A stretch of 64,000 bases of DNA, taken from contig OZ286460.1 in NCBI GenBank assembly GCA_965644265.1, positions 16,120,001 to 16,184,000 on the forward strand, read 5' to 3'. The notes under the pieces were generated by a model. That model saw nothing but the letters and a program-made list of their open reading frames with translations, did no database searches and was not told where the DNA came from. Positions 26,505-38,904 of this stretch are shown here, one piece after another. The position numbers were made by a program, and so were the translations under genes. The DNA comes from Glycera tridactyla. Its lineage: Eukaryota. How positions within the stretch are numbered: the first letter of the stretch is position 1; each line of letters begins with the position of its first letter.

Positions 26505-29500
26505 TGAGTCTCTTTAGTATTTTTCATGTCCTCCTCCCCAAATCTGGGGCGGTACTTGTATTGACATAACTCAATCACTTTGGTGTTTTCACCTGCGAGT
26601 AGCCCTTTTCCCCTACCCTTTGGTGGGAGAAATATTGTATACCTGACACATCGAGAAATAACAGTTTCCATACTACGCAGACATTTATGTCTGTCCTTGG
26701 CTAAGAATACTACATCTGATGTCATTTTCCCAAGCGAATATTTGCATGGTGTACTAATACGTAGCGGGGACATAGAATTGAACCCTGGTCCTGACTTGTT
26801 AACTAATACCTCAATCTCTCCAAATTCAAACACCTTTGATGATATAGCAAAGTACAAAGGCATCACCACGGCTCACCTAAACATTTGTAGTCTGGTAAAG
26901 AAAGTTGACCATGTACATGGCATCCTTCACAGAAGTAACATAGATATTTTGTTTTTATCTGAGACATGGTGTAGTCCTGATGTCTGTCAGTCCGAAATTT
27001 CAATCCCTGGCTATTTTATTCTGAGACAGGATAGAAAGTCTTCCACCAGGAAAAGAGGGGGAGGCATTTGTGTATACATAAAGGACAAATACCGATGTGC
27101 TCTGAATGATGACCTATGCTGTTCTCTGGATGATCTTGAAGTTCTTGGCTGCAATTTGCTACTACCCAATACTAGGAAAATCTTCTTGCTGGGTGTGTAC
27201 CGTCCACCATCAGGGAATATATCTTTTGCCATTGAAAAGTTGAATGATCTTATGAATGTAACCTTGGAATCACCAGGTGCCGAAGTAAATTTTCTCGGAG
27301 ACTTTAATATAGATATTTCTAAGATAAGGCAAAATGATACCCGATCCATCAAGCTCTGGGCATCAACCTTTGGCCTTTCCCAAATGATAATGGATCCAAC
27401 CAGAATAGGGCTGGGTGGAGAGACCCTAATTGACCATATATATACCAACAGAACTGATTATGTGACAAATGTAGGGAATGTTTCGCATGGCATTAGTGAC
27501 CACGATTTGATATTCTATGTGAGAAAAAAACCTAAAATTAAATGCGATGTCACTTATATCTATGCAAGAAGTTTTATTCGTTTCAACCCCATAGATTTCT
27601 GCAACGACGTGTCTCAAATAGATTGGGGTACAGTCATAGATAGCACACAGGTCAATGAAGCATGGGAGCTTTTCCTGGGACTTTTCATACCAATTTGCGA
27701 CAAACATGCACCTTTCAAAAAAATTAGAATTAAAGGAAATCTTCCTCCCTGGATCAATCATGAATATTTTTCTATAGCTGATGAGCGAGACTATTGGAAG
27801 CGTAAATACAAAAGAAACAAGTGTGATTTATATCATGAAAATTTCAAAAGACTCAGAAATTTGGCCACTGATTTTAGTAGAAATCTCAAGCGAAATTATA
27901 TAATGACAGAATTGGAGAAAAGCAAAAACGACTCTGGTAAAGCCTGGCGTATCCTGAATAATATACTACCAAATAAGAAAAAGGTCAATACCATCCCAAA
28001 TATTGTAAATGGAAACACGGATCCTAAATTTATTGCGGATGAAATGAATGATTATTTTGCAAGTGTTGGCCGAACCCTTGCATCCAAAATTCAGGCAGGA
28101 AATCATACTGCAGTACCGGAGATCCCTGAAGTAGCTGAGAAATTTACCTTTTCATTAATTAGAAGGGACGACTTGCTGAAAATGCTCCAGGGGATATCTA
28201 CTTCTAAGGCAACAGGACTTGATGGATTGAATCCAAAGTTTATCACACCAGCAGCAGAACAAATTATTGACCCTATATTGCATATTGTAAATAGTTCTCT
28301 GAGTTCTGGTGTTGTTCCAACTGCATGGAAAAGAGCCAAAATTACTCCGTTGTTTAAAGAGGGTGATAGGGATGAGCCCGTAAATTATAGGCCAATCTCT
28401 GTTCTCTCGATTCTGTCAAAGATTATGGAAAGGACGGTACACAACCAAGTTTATACCTTTCTGACAGTCAATAATTTGCTCCACGAAGCCCAATCTGGTT
28501 TTAGGAAGGGACATTCAACTGAAAGTTGTGCTCTGAATGTGATTGATGATGTGTTATCTAGTATGGACTCAGGTCTACATACGGGTATGATCTTTTTAGA
28601 TTTTAAAAAAGCCTTTGACACTGTCGACCATGCCATACTGTTACAGAAATTGGAGCGGTATGGCATGAGCGACAGTGTCGTCAAATGGTTTCAGGACTAT
28701 TTGTCAAATCGAGAGCAGTATACATCTGTCCGAAATCACTTATCTGAGTCAAAACTGGTGTCATGCGGAGTGCCCCAAGGGTCCATTCTTGGGCCTTTGT
28801 TATTCATATTGTACATTAATGACCTACCAAACGTGTTGATGCATTCCAAAATTGTATTATATGCAGATGACACCGCAATTTATTATGAATCGGATGATTT
28901 GGAGGAGATAAACACTATGCTACAGGCAGATTTGACAAGTATTGATAATTGGATGAAAGTGAACAAATTGTCACTAAACACTTCAAAATCGAAAAGTATG
29001 CTGTTCTCGAGGAAACAAACTGTTCATCTCCTGAAACTTAATGTAGGATTGAATGATGTATCTCTGGAACAGGTTGATCAATTTAAATATCTTGGCCTAT
29101 ATCTCGACCCGAGACTTGATTTTGGTAAGCATATCACAAATGTCTGTGTGAAAGGTAAACAAAAACTTGCTGCTCTAGGGAGAGCCAGACCTTTTGTTAA
29201 TGAGAAGACAGCTTTAACCATGTATAAAGCACTTATCCTGCCAACGGTTGAATACTGTAGCGTAGTATATATGACAGCGGGTGTGAATTTTCTCCAGAAG
29301 CTACAGAAAATTCAAAACTCAGCGTTTCGTATTGTTTTGAAAGCAGAGCGTCTTACTCCATCTATAGATTTGCACAACAGGGTGAATATGTTCCAACTTG
29401 TTGATCAAAGGAAGCAAAAACTTCTCACTTGCATGTATAAATTTACCCATAGACTAGGTCCAGAATATATGACCAGAAGATTCTCATATGTAAGAGATCA

Positions 29501-29994
29501 TCACCAGAGAGAGACAAGAGCAGTTGCCAATGATGATCTTTATGTTCCCACTTTTCGTTCCAAGGCTGGTGAGCAGAGGATTAGTATAAGAGGACCCAGA
29601 GAATGGAATGTTTTGGACAATACAACGAAAGAAGCAAGAAATATTGACATTTTCAAGAAGAGTTTATTAGACAATCTGCAGCAAACATACAACTTCGAAC
29701 GAAACAATGAGTAGAAATAAGTACCATCTTCAAGAAGAGCATTTCGATATATTAGAAACTAGAAAGAAAGTATATCTTGAGCTAATGTCTGCCTTTGATG
29801 TATTTTCCTGTCTGTTTCTCTCTTCCCTTTATTTGTCTCTTTTTTCTCTTTTTTCTTTTTCTCTTTCTTTCTCTTTTTATTTCCATGTATGAACCAGGTG
29901 GTATCTATGTTATGTATTGGGCCAATTTTATGGCAGCCATTGGCTGATTTTGTGTTTCCCAATTCAAATAAACAATTACAAACAAACAAACAAA
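26505..29994 (+). mobile_element. LINE copy 1 (ORF2 + 3' UTR + (ACAA)n tail); 5' boundary uncertain
   Basis: ORF2 is followed by a pyrimidine-rich 3' UTR, AATAAA (29967-29972) and an ACAA tandem tail (29978-29994), typical of CR1/L2-group 3' ends. No ORF1 and no TSD seen upstream. Confidence 0.85.
26580..29714 (+). CDS. Intact non-LTR retrotransposon ORF2 (APE endonuclease + reverse transcriptase), CR1/L2-group LINE, with N-terminal 2A-like peptide
   Basis: 1044-codon open frame. APE motifs HLNICSL, FLSETW, YRPP, GDFNID, TLIDHIY, SDHDL; RT motifs NYRPISVL, QSGFR, FLDFKKAFDTVDH, GVPQGSILGPLLF, YADD (28860-28871), KYLG. GDIELNPGP at 26766-26792. Confidence 0.97.
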   Translation: MVFSPASSPFPLPFGGRNIVYLTHREITVSILRRHLCLSLAKNTTSDVIFPSEYLHGVLIRSGDIELNPGPDLLTNTSISPNSNTFDDIAKYKGITTAHLNICSLVKKVDHVHGILHRSNIDILFLSETWCSPDVCQSEISIPGYFILRQDRKSSTRKRGGGICVYIKDKYRCALNDDLCCSLDDLEVLGCNLLLPNTRKIFLLGVYRPPSGNISFAIEKLNDLMNVTLESPGAEVNFLGDFNIDISKIRQNDTRSIKLWASTFGLSQMIMDPTRIGLGGETLIDHIYTNRTDYVTNVGNVSHGISDHDLIFYVRKKPKIKCDVTYIYARSFIRFNPIDFCNDVSQIDWGTVIDSTQVNEAWELFLGLFIPICDKHAPFKKIRIKGNLPPWINHEYFSIADERDYWKRKYKRNKCDLYHENFKRLRNLATDFSRNLKRNYIMTELEKSKNDSGKAWRILNNILPNKKKVNTIPNIVNGNTDPKFIADEMNDYFASVGRTLASKIQAGNHTAVPEIPEVAEKFTFSLIRRDDLLKMLQGISTSKATGLDGLNPKFITPAAEQIIDPILHIVNSSLSSGVVPTAWKRAKITPLFKEGDRDEPVNYRPISVLSILSKIMERTVHNQVYTFLTVNNLLHEAQSGFRKGHSTESCALNVIDDVLSSMDSGLHTGMIFLDFKKAFDTVDHAILLQKLERYGMSDSVVKWFQDYLSNREQYTSVRNHLSESKLVSCGVPQGSILGPLLFILYINDLPNVLMHSKIVLYADDTAIYYESDDLEEINTMLQADLTSIDNWMKVNKLSLNTSKSKSMLFSRKQTVHLLKLNVGLNDVSLEQVDQFKYLGLYLDPRLDFGKHITNVCVKGKQKLAALGRARPFVNEKTALTMYKALILPTVEYCSVVYMTAGVNFLQKLQKIQNSAFRIVLKAERLTPSIDLHNRVNMFQLVDQRKQKLLTCMYKFTHRLGPEYMTRRFSYVRDHHQRETRAVANDDLYVPTFRSKAGEQRISIRGPREWNVLDNTTKEARNIDIFKKSLLDNLQQTYNFERNNE

Positions 29995-30097
29995 TATATG
30001 CCAAACCTGCATTTCACCTCTTTGCTCAAGTATGTTGGAAGACTGATGAAGAATCAATTCTAAATTTGGATTCTCTAAATCTGTCCATGGCATTTTC

Positions 30098-30139
<42 letters not shown>

Positions 30140-33100
30140 AAGAAAATACAATACAACAATACAACAAAAAACAATACAATGGAGTAGACCAGCATTAACT
30201 GCTTTAATGCTAAAGTAATGCGTATCAATGCGGGTGTGTGTGTGCTGAAAAATGAATCATCTCTGTAGGAATGGAGGGGGGCTATGGGAAGTGGATGCTG
30301 CAGACATTGCACCTACAAACTTTTATAGTGGCTATCCCTGGTGCAGCCTTGAAATACAACTTTCTGAGATGGTGTTCTCTGTGGAGCAGATAATGGTGAT
30401 ATGATAGCCATGTAGTGATGACTGTTTATGGCTATTAGTTGATGAACTGAGCTGCCATCTAGTGGTAAGATGAAACATCAGTAGTTGCTACTTCTTAACC
30501 ATAGGTGTCAGGTTGTCCACTGCATAACTCTGAACCTTCACAGTGCTCCCATGTAGAGTTTGTGTTTTCAGTCAGGTTCTGGCCAAACACACCATGATTT
30601 GTCGATTCTGCAGAGGTTGGTTTGTAATCAACCCAATGGATTGTGTATGCTTTGTCTGAGATGAATGTTCAGTCCCCTGCTAGGTTAACACTGCTGTGCT
30701 ATCCACTGATCATTTGGACTGCCAGGAGAGGACACATGAAATAACCAAGTTGATTCATTTATGACTCAGCAAGTCCTGGCTGTCAGAAAGGTCATATAAT
30801 TTGCACCCTCTTCCACCACCAATGCTAATTTTCCTGTGCTTCAGAAGTGATCATAAAAGAATTGATTTTCTGACGAGAGATCAATATTCTTCCAGTCAAA
30901 TGTGAGACATATATGTTGGTACCACATTTGATCAATACATAAATGCAATATTTTCTATGGTAAGCAACCTTTCTGCAGAGGCAATCTGACTACAAATACC
31001 ACTTTTTGATGCATCTCAGGGTGGTCTTCATAGACAGGTTTGTCTGTAGTTCTGCATCAAAAATTGACAATGTATCTGAAATATTGGTTGTCCTGCAAAG
31101 ACCCCCGGAGTAGGCGCAGACAGAGTGGGGCAATTTATCCAGCATGACTGTCCTCAATAAAACAGTTGGGGAATTCAGGCACATAATTCATAATACAGTG
31201 GGACATGTCTTCAGCAGCCATCTCTGATTTTCTGCTAGGGTATCTTTAACTACAATGTCCCTCTGTTCAGCAACCAAATGTTTCAAGCAACCACTTTTTG
31301 GATTCCATGGCTGGTTGCTTGATACAGGATCGACTGCATTTGTTTTCTTTATTGGTATTGTAAATATCTTACCAGTTCTGTTGTACTAGAGCTTGCAGGA
31401 ATTTTCAAGAGAGTGCGTCTATGATGGACATTTTGCCTAGATGTTATATTTCTGTGGGAGTTCATCCTAGGTTCCATGTCAGTGATTCAGTTCAGTACTA
31501 CTGGAAATGATTAAAATTGTCTTATCTTGATTATTTTCAGGTGAGTAATTTATGAGGGATAATGAGAGTCAACTACTTTACTCCAAGGTAATTCATTCCT
31601 CCTTCAATTTGGGTGATCATTTTAACGCTGTCTCAAACATGAAAACTGAATAATTCTGATTTGAGCAACTTTAACAAGAGGTGATCACCTCTATGAGACG
31701 TGATCTTCTGTTACCCAGCAGCATGTCTGGTTGTTTTCCCTATTTTCAGTTTCTTCCCCTCCCTCCCTCCCTCCCTTCCACCCTCACCCCCTCCCCTCCC
31801 CTCTCTCTCACATCTCTTATGCCCTCAATTTCTGTCTGTATGTCTGCCTATCTGTCTGTCTNNNNNNNNNNNNNNNNNNNNNNNNNNNNNNNNNNNNNNN
31901 NNNNNNNNNNNNNNNNNNNNNNNNNNNNNNNNNNNNNNNNNNNNNNNNNNNNNNNNNNNNNNNNNNNNNNNNNNNNNNNNNNNNNNNNNNNNNNNNNNNN
32001 NNNNNNNNNNNNNNNNNNNGTTCGTTATTTTGTTCATCTGTCTGTCTATGTACCAGCCCATGATTTTGAGTGGCAATTAACAACAATGATACCATGAAAT
32101 GTGATACTACATTTTTGTCAGAGTGTCTTCAACTGTAAACCCCAGCTGTTAATTCAACCAGAAACCACCGTACAGACCTGTTGACAGGTTCCATGAATGA
32201 GTGAATGGAGAAAATCAAAACTTTTTGTCATCCCCAATGCACTCAGACCTATCAGGAGCAGATGGCAAAATAATTCAACCACGACCACTTACATGGAATC
32301 ACCCATGTGGAAATGAAATGCTATATTGACACAAAGGAGCAGAGTATCTGTCGGTATATTACTGTGAATTCATCAGTGACACAAGGGGCTGAATATTTGT
32401 CCATATATTTGAATCGGCAGGTTAAAGATGGGATATTACTTCAGAATTGTGTCATGGGAGTTGGAGAGATAATATGCTATTGCCAAAGATATTTGTGTCC
32501 AGAACTGAAATGGAGCCTACCGTAATTCAACCCCCTTCAATGAAGGCCACCTGCCTACAACTACTACCTATAATGTTGACCATCATAGTGTGCCTGCCAT
32601 GTGACTTTTGTAGCAATACTGCTACTGGTAAACCATCAGTCACCTACCTGGGAGACCATTTTTCAAATAAATTGAGGTAGAGGTTAGAGAGATAGACCAG
32701 ATGCGAAGTAAGAAACCGAGTGATAGTCAAACCTGCTTGAGACTTTATTAATGACGCCCGCCTACAAAGGCTACCCTGAGCTCTGACTGTGATGGTATTT
32801 TCGACAGTGAATCACCTCTCTATAAAAGTCACCTGACTACAAATGACACTTTTAGATGTGGAAGAAGGTGGCCTTTATAGACAGAGTCAACTGTACAGTG
32901 CGCATTATGATTGCATCTTCATTTGGCTTGAATATCAGCTTCCAGAGGTTATACAGTTGGAGGGGGTCTCTTATCAGAGTGTCTCTTGTCAGAGGTTCAC
33001 TGGAGCCATATGCAAAAAAACCTACAAAATAAACATTCAAAGAAGATCACATGGTAAGACACTGGGCCTGATTATGAATAATTGTACGAATGGTTGTACG

Positions 33101-33712
33101 TCTTGATAGAGCCCACTCATACCGATCTGTTTCCACAAGTTTATTTGAGGATTTCTTGGGTAGGGTTTTCAATGCATGAGGGATCATCATATTCATGAGC
33201 AATCATCTCTGTATATTTACAAGTCTTATATGCTAATATTTTGACACCTGTGCATATTGTGTTTGCTGACTGCAGAGTTTTATTGACAGGTTCTTATATT
33301 ATGTACAAGTTGTCTCTATCTATCATCACTCATATTGATTTTCATGCCTGTGGAAGTACATTCTAGTTGTTGTTTGTTCTTTTCCTAGTTGAAATTGCAT
33401 TGCTCTGTTCTAGATGAGCAATGGGAGAACTGGGTGTTTGTTCCCATTTCAGAAGTTTGTAGAAATCAGACTGGCATGATCAACTGTTGCACAATTCGTC
33501 CCACTATTCCCTCTGAAATTCTGTCCTCTGATACTGTGAAACCCATGATGAGCAGTAGCATTGTCTATCTGAAGTGTCAAGGGTTGATTCAAGATCATGT
33601 TCAATGGTACATACTGGTTCAATTCCTTTCAACATTGTCAAGAATAGAGGTCAAATGATATGTCACAATCCAATATGTTCCACAATACGCCACTCATGAT
33701 ATCATATTGCAG

Positions 33713-33825
33713 CAGTGCAGCCACCAATGCTGCAGCCACTACCACCACCTTCACCACCCTATTGCTGCTTGAATGATAATGATGGGGACCAGCAAAGTCA
33801 TGTGCAGGCCACCCAAATACTGAAG
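33713..33825 (+). CDS. Weak candidate exon, Pro/Gln-rich (VQPPMLQPLPPPSPPYCCLNDNDGDQQSHVQATQILK)
   Basis: TTGCAG acceptor with poor pyrimidine tract, stop-free frame, AAG/GTATTG donor. Confidence 0.25.
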
Positions 33826-34007
33826 GTATTGCAGTCCAGCTGACTGCTTTTGAATTCTGATACATTCAACAAATGTTTTGTGATTGCCAACATTGAAGCC
33901 ATGAATTCACTGATTTCTGAGGAGATATTTGCGCAAATAAATGTCAAAGCAAGGCAAATTCACAGTTTTTCACAGTGATGTGAATGAATATAGTAAGAAG
34001 TACCGGC

Positions 34008-34216
34008 AGGGTGTGATCGGCATTTTTCCCAACGAGTTGTGACAACGGCCAGCTGGAATCCCGAGGCCGCAGGCCGAGGGATTCCCGATGGCCGTCGTCG
34101 AACCGAGTAACTTCACCATGGCAACGATTGTTTCAACACGCTCGGCGATGTTCGGCTCACGCACGGAAAGGGTGTGATCACAGTGATCACCCCCCCCCCC
34201 CCCACGATCATACCCT
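34008..34216. mobile_element. GC-rich palindromic interspersed element (unclassified non-autonomous transposon-like)
   Basis: AGGGTGTGATC direct at 34008 and about 34169, inverted (GATCATACCCT) at about 34206; 59 nt hairpin at 34041-34099; CpG-rich against a depleted background. Confidence 0.6.
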
Positions 34217-37200
34217 CAAAATGACATTGGTCGTGAGAGAATACAAGAGTAATCACCAACCCCTGTTTCACCAAATTTTGTTCATATATGTGCAGTTATT
34301 CTCATAAGCAATAGGGCTTGTTGTTAGTGGAGTCAAGATGGTGGCATTCCCTTTTCAAAGTGAATTCGTAGCTTTCTCTTTTGATAATACATTTTACATT
34401 CCTTATGACTAATTTGTGTTTCTCGCTAATATTCACTGGAGGTGTCTCATATCTCACAGAGTAAAAACAAAAGTTTGTTTCTTCCATCCATCACAAAGAT
34501 GGGTACAGTGTAAGGTAAAGTTTTTGTTGTAGTCATGGGTATGGGGTACAGCTGGAGGCCAATCCAGGGACTGATATAGATGCTCTTTGTTGTCATGAGC
34601 CGTAGATAGGAATTGACAATCATCAGGAGCGAGTCAGTCCCACCTTTGTTGTGATGTCTGATCCTTGAGATAACCACCATCACATGTCTGCTTAGACACA
34701 TTCCCGGCAATAACCCTGGCTCGGTTGGAAGTTACTTCAATGTCATATACAATTGTAAGGTAGTCCTATTTCATATCTTTTGATATGAAACTAAAATATA
34801 CTGAAGTCCAAAGATAATGGTTATTTTTTCACCTTAGCATTGGTAATTTGCATTGGATTGAAATGAAACTCACTGTCAGAAGTTGTTGACATCTCTGACA
34901 GCTAGAATTGCAATTTAGAGTTTCAGATTTTCAGACATGTTACTGGGCCCATACAGCCTATGAGTTAGAGATACCATGGGCCATAAGTCAAGATAACGGG
35001 TCATCATCAATTCATCAATGCTTGATAGGGACAAAAAGTTGGGCTAATGGACCCATAATAGGCAATATCAATGAGCCAAAAAGGCAAAAAATGGGGGCCA
35101 AGGGCCCTGGCCCACCAACAATCTCAAGATCTGGTAATCATAATGTTCACTTGTATATTTCAACCCAGTGCCCATGGAATGTCGATTTCTCATTGCTTTC
35201 ACTATTAGGGTGGTGACTGTACAGTGAATTCTGTGATAAGAGACCCAGGACAGCTTTTCTATTTGATATAGTCAAATATGCCTCTGACGTGAAACCATCT
35301 CTATTGAGAGACCACTTTTTGGTGACATTTAGGATGGTCTCTTGTCACAGGTTTCACTGTATCACATTGCTTCTCACATCAGCAGATGATAACAGTAGTT
35401 TCATCACCTTCTGAGGGCAGCTTCTCTTTTTCATAGTCAAACCTACCTCGGACTACGTACCACCTCTTTTTAGAGATAGCTCTTGGTGGCATTCAGAGCA
35501 GTCACTTGCTGCAGGTTTCACTGTATCATTAAAACATAGTTATCAAAGTGGAAAATAATAAAGAAAATCTGTTAATTTATCCCAAACGGGGGACCTCCAC
35601 TTGATATCTTTGTGTAATAGCTAGATGAAAATTGAATTTGTGCACCAACTAGCAACTTTACAATAAACCCACCCATTTGTCAGACCAGGCATCTGACTTC
35701 TGGCTCAGCTTTGATGACATTCCAGATATAGTGAGTGATAGAGCAGCCAACTTGAATGTATCACCTCTGTACATTCATCATTATAATGGGTAGTCTAAGG
35801 TGGGTACTTCACCATGCATACTGATTGCTGTCTCTCCATCAAGTTACAAGTGCCCACCCTTTCAATGGCAGGTATAGCCAGAAAGACTGTAAGACAAAAT
35901 CTTTATTTAGATAGTCGCAGGGTCATAACATGCACATGAAATTGAATCGGCAGTATGCGCTTTCTTACAGTGGAACTCTCATATTGTGGCAATCAAATTG
36001 GAAAACTTATACTGCCAATTTGATGTTTGTGTTCAGACATAACAAGCATTTTACCTTTATTGAATGGAGTGTAGAAATTCTGCTGTGAAGTGTTGGCTCA
36101 TATTCTAGTCATGGACCAGTTATTACTCTGGTTTACTTTATCAGGCTAAACCACAATACCAGGGGTAGTTAATTATGTGTTGGAACTTGTCCTATCAAGG
36201 TTTTCACCAAACTTTTAAAAACCAAGCACTAGATTTTGAATCTTCTCATCAGGGTATTTTTCATGATAGTTTCCCTGCCCATAGCAGGAACCTACCCTAA
36301 AGCTAGAGGTTTTGTTTCTGATCTTTCCCAAGCACACAATTACATTACAGAGGCTGGGTACCTGTCTGTTTTCATCACTTCTCTCAACATAGAACAAGTT
36401 TGATTGTAAATTAACACATGGCTTGAGGGATGAGGGTATTTGGTCATGCGTTCCATCGTCCATTTGTGGCTTAGTCAGATCAGGTGTGTGATTTGTGAAT
36501 CAGCGATTCACGAGGTGTGCGCAGTACACCGTGAAAGAGGCTTGGCTCACTGCTACTACTCGAAGGGGGAGGAGGAGGAGGAGGTGAACACGACAAAAAC
36601 AGTCCAATCCCACGAGCGCCATTAACTCCGCAGGTCGACAATACGTGAAGGGGGTGCGGGGATGAAGTTGAGCAGCTCTCCATCAGTGTTACCCTCACAT
36701 TGGGGTACTCAACCACCGCTCATGACCACCCAGAGAATGAGCAACAAGGAATGAGCATTGGTGTGAGGAAGGTATGCTCAAATCATCATTGGCTTTCGGA
36801 ATTAACCTGTAGCATAGGTGAATACACCTACACGCAATCAACGAAAGCATCTTGGTCTCCAGCAGGGATACATGCTGTGATTTATTCTGATACACTCTCT
36901 GGATTTATTGAAACACATGTGAATACCGACATGCGAGGATATTTTTAGAGGGTTGGCGATGTTTCGGTCACCATTGTTGCTTAATTGCCTACAGCCATCT
37001 TGAGTTACTAAGTGGATAATTACGCTATGGTTATTCATGGACTTTAGGAATAGGTGATGTCATCCCATCAGGCTTGATTATGCATCACCTTCACCATTTA
37101 AATCTGAATTCCTGAATACTCAATATTCAAGTGCCAGTTCATGAATGGAAATCTGATTAGTGTCTTATCCTGTGATGAGAACATGCGATATTCTGTCCCA

Positions 37201-38904
37201 AGATTTTCCTAAGCTAGTTGTAGGCAATGTTTCATATCTTAAATTCCCTCTTCAGAAAAGCCACTCTGGATGAGTCTTGTCAATAGGGAATACCTAGGTT
37301 GGACATCTTCATGAGATGCTCTTTACTTTGAGATATGGCTGTGCCAAAAACAGGATCGGATTGCTGCTACAAGATAGATGGTGGTTGTTTAAGGGTAGCT
37401 GATTTTTATTGAACGGATGACATGAAGGTTATCATAATTTAATAATGTAATATCTATTCACAATGTTGAGGGTGTGGCTGAGAACATGAAGATTGCCATG
37501 ACACAGACAGTAGAAAAACTGTATCTTACGTCATATATGGCTACATATATCTGGAGTAGGTTTTATGTGGTCTCTCGATGAAAGTAAGAACAATTCACAC
37601 CATTTCAGGAGTGACCATTCATTGCTGGGAACCTACAAATCACTAGTAGGCAGCTCTGGCCCAGTATCTGTCCAGTTTCAGATTATTTATGGTTGAATCT
37701 TGGACGTAATGTAGAATCTTCACGGTACTCACAGTAGTGTTTTGAAAGTCATTCAGAATCTTGGACAGTTACATTGAATGAGAATTATAAATCTTGATAA
37801 GATCCGTGAGGTCCCTTGATGAAAACATGTAAATTTTGGACCTTCTTTGAGGCTATACATTGAGGAAATGATACAAAGCACTGGCAGCTAGCACTGGTCC
37901 AGTATCTTGTCCAGTATCAGATTGTTTATGGTTGATCCCAGGTGGGGTTTTGTCAGATGTGGATGATCAGGGAGTTATCAGGCAGTAGAAGCACCTGCTG
38001 AGATATGTGTGTACACAGGCTGTGTATATGCAAGCCCTGATAATACTTGGTAAGCAGGTGTTACTGCCTGTAGTATCTATACTCACCTCTGTTTGATCAG
38101 CCTTGGGGGGGATGCATGCTAGCAAACTGGGCAAATATTACCATAAACAAAAGCAGCATGTAGCCCCAGGGATGGGTTGATATTGCTATGATCAAAGGCT
38201 AACCCATATGGGAGAACATGGGCTGAAGGGCCTAACTGAAACCGGCTTCCATTGTTTTGCAGTTGAAATATTACTTTTGGTCTCAAGCCCACAAACATTA
38301 GAATAAGATTGACTTTGAAACGTGATGTTGGGATTCTCTACATCCCAATAAAGATCATCAGCAACTTATTTATTGAACAATAGTGCAATGTTTTCTAGTT
38401 GGATCTACCTTCTTTTATCATGAATAATGAGTGGTTATTATATACTACATAATTGAAGACTTTCTCCACCTGACAATTATAACATCACTTCAGTCATTGA
38501 AGGGATGAGGTTCCTTGATATAGTGAAACCTGCGAAGAGACCCCTAATGAGAGACTATGTCTGATCGCAGACCTCTTCCGTAGGGCAGCCCTCTTATTTG
38601 ATGTGGTCGAGTATGCCTCTGACAGATGGCCACCTCTTTTTAGGGAATGCTTTTTGATGACATTCAGGCTGGTCTCTCATCACCAGTTTCACTGTATCTG
38701 ATATTTTCTTGCAGTATCCCTTCAAAGATCTTTGTGTAAAACTTTCGAGCAATTTACTTTCGTAAGGTGCAGGGTACCTAGGCCAGAAGATATACTGTAT
38801 ACCACATACTATAATATGTGCATTGGAGAGAATTATTAAGAATGGCTCATTCTCAAGTGATTGGATAACTGGGGGGTTAACCCCTGCGGATAGACTGTGA
38901 GAAA

